A stretch of 64,000 nt of DNA from IMG/VR virus record IMGVR_UViG_3300010389_000004, positions 30,082 through 94,081 of that record; one strand, given 5' to 3'. This stretch comes from a virus. The first letter of the stretch is position 1. Each line of letters opens with the position of its first letter. Below the pieces are notes generated by a model. That model had not been told where the DNA came from, searched no databases, and saw only the letters and a program-made list of their open reading frames with translations. Below are positions 63,740-64,000 of the stretch, one piece after another. The position numbers and the translations under genes were made by a program.

Positions 63740-63970
63740 GATATGCACCTCACGTTGCATGATTCAAAGCTGATCACAATCCCATATCGTGATCAGAGAT
63801 TAGAGCACTCCTCAGAGTGCGCGAATCTGCGATCACTTGCGAGACAAGTATGCGGCTCTCTTCTCAGACGCTAGGGCAATCTCTCAGTTTTGAGCTATTG
63901 CGCACCTATCGAACGTGCGATTTTCTCGCCGAGCCTAGGGAGCGTGCTACCCGCTTCCCTCATCTTCTGT

Positions 63971-63999
63971 AGTATCGTCTATCCCTTTCCCCCAGTCAA
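63971..63999 (-). promoter_or_regulatory. Strong-looking sigma70-type early promoter
   Basis: TTGACT-17-GATACT (lambda PR-like -35, PL-like -10). Confidence 0.65.
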
Positions 64000-64000
64000 T

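Noticed and set aside
295-63874. Long plus-strand ORFs (e.g. 6870-8306, 14943-15890, 15926-16816, 39245-40204, 56786-57688)
   Set aside because: Antisense shadows of minus-strand genes, with no motifs or RBS support.

Overview
A 64-kb segment of a large tailed dsDNA phage, most likely a siphovirus: it has a long tape measure gene, a tail tube and a G/GT chaperone frameshift, and no sheath gene in the window. Essentially all real genes are on the minus strand. In transcription order (right to left) the window holds: (1) a sigma70-type early promoter at the window edge, followed by many small early genes; (2) a replication module with a Q/P-repeat protein, a UDG-fused family A DNA polymerase, a UvsY-like protein and a gp32-like SSB; (3) accessory genes including a TerS-like HTH protein, P-loop kinase, GroES-like protein, MazG and an MT-A70 methyltransferase; (4) a ~430-nt non-coding unit of about 11 back-to-back hairpins with its own promoter and terminator-like end; (5) the morphogenesis genes: terminase, portal, holin plus lipoprotein, minor capsid, scaffold, major capsid, neck, tail tube, chaperones and a truncated tape measure gene. 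The most striking observations are the hairpin-array RNA directly upstream of the terminase, a tandem pair of coiled-coil/hydrophobic paralogs in the neck operon with near-identical 5' ends and divergent cores, and a GFAPPPAQ repeat shared by the SSB tail and a second replication-module protein. All protein calls come from motif recognition and synteny; no database searches were run.
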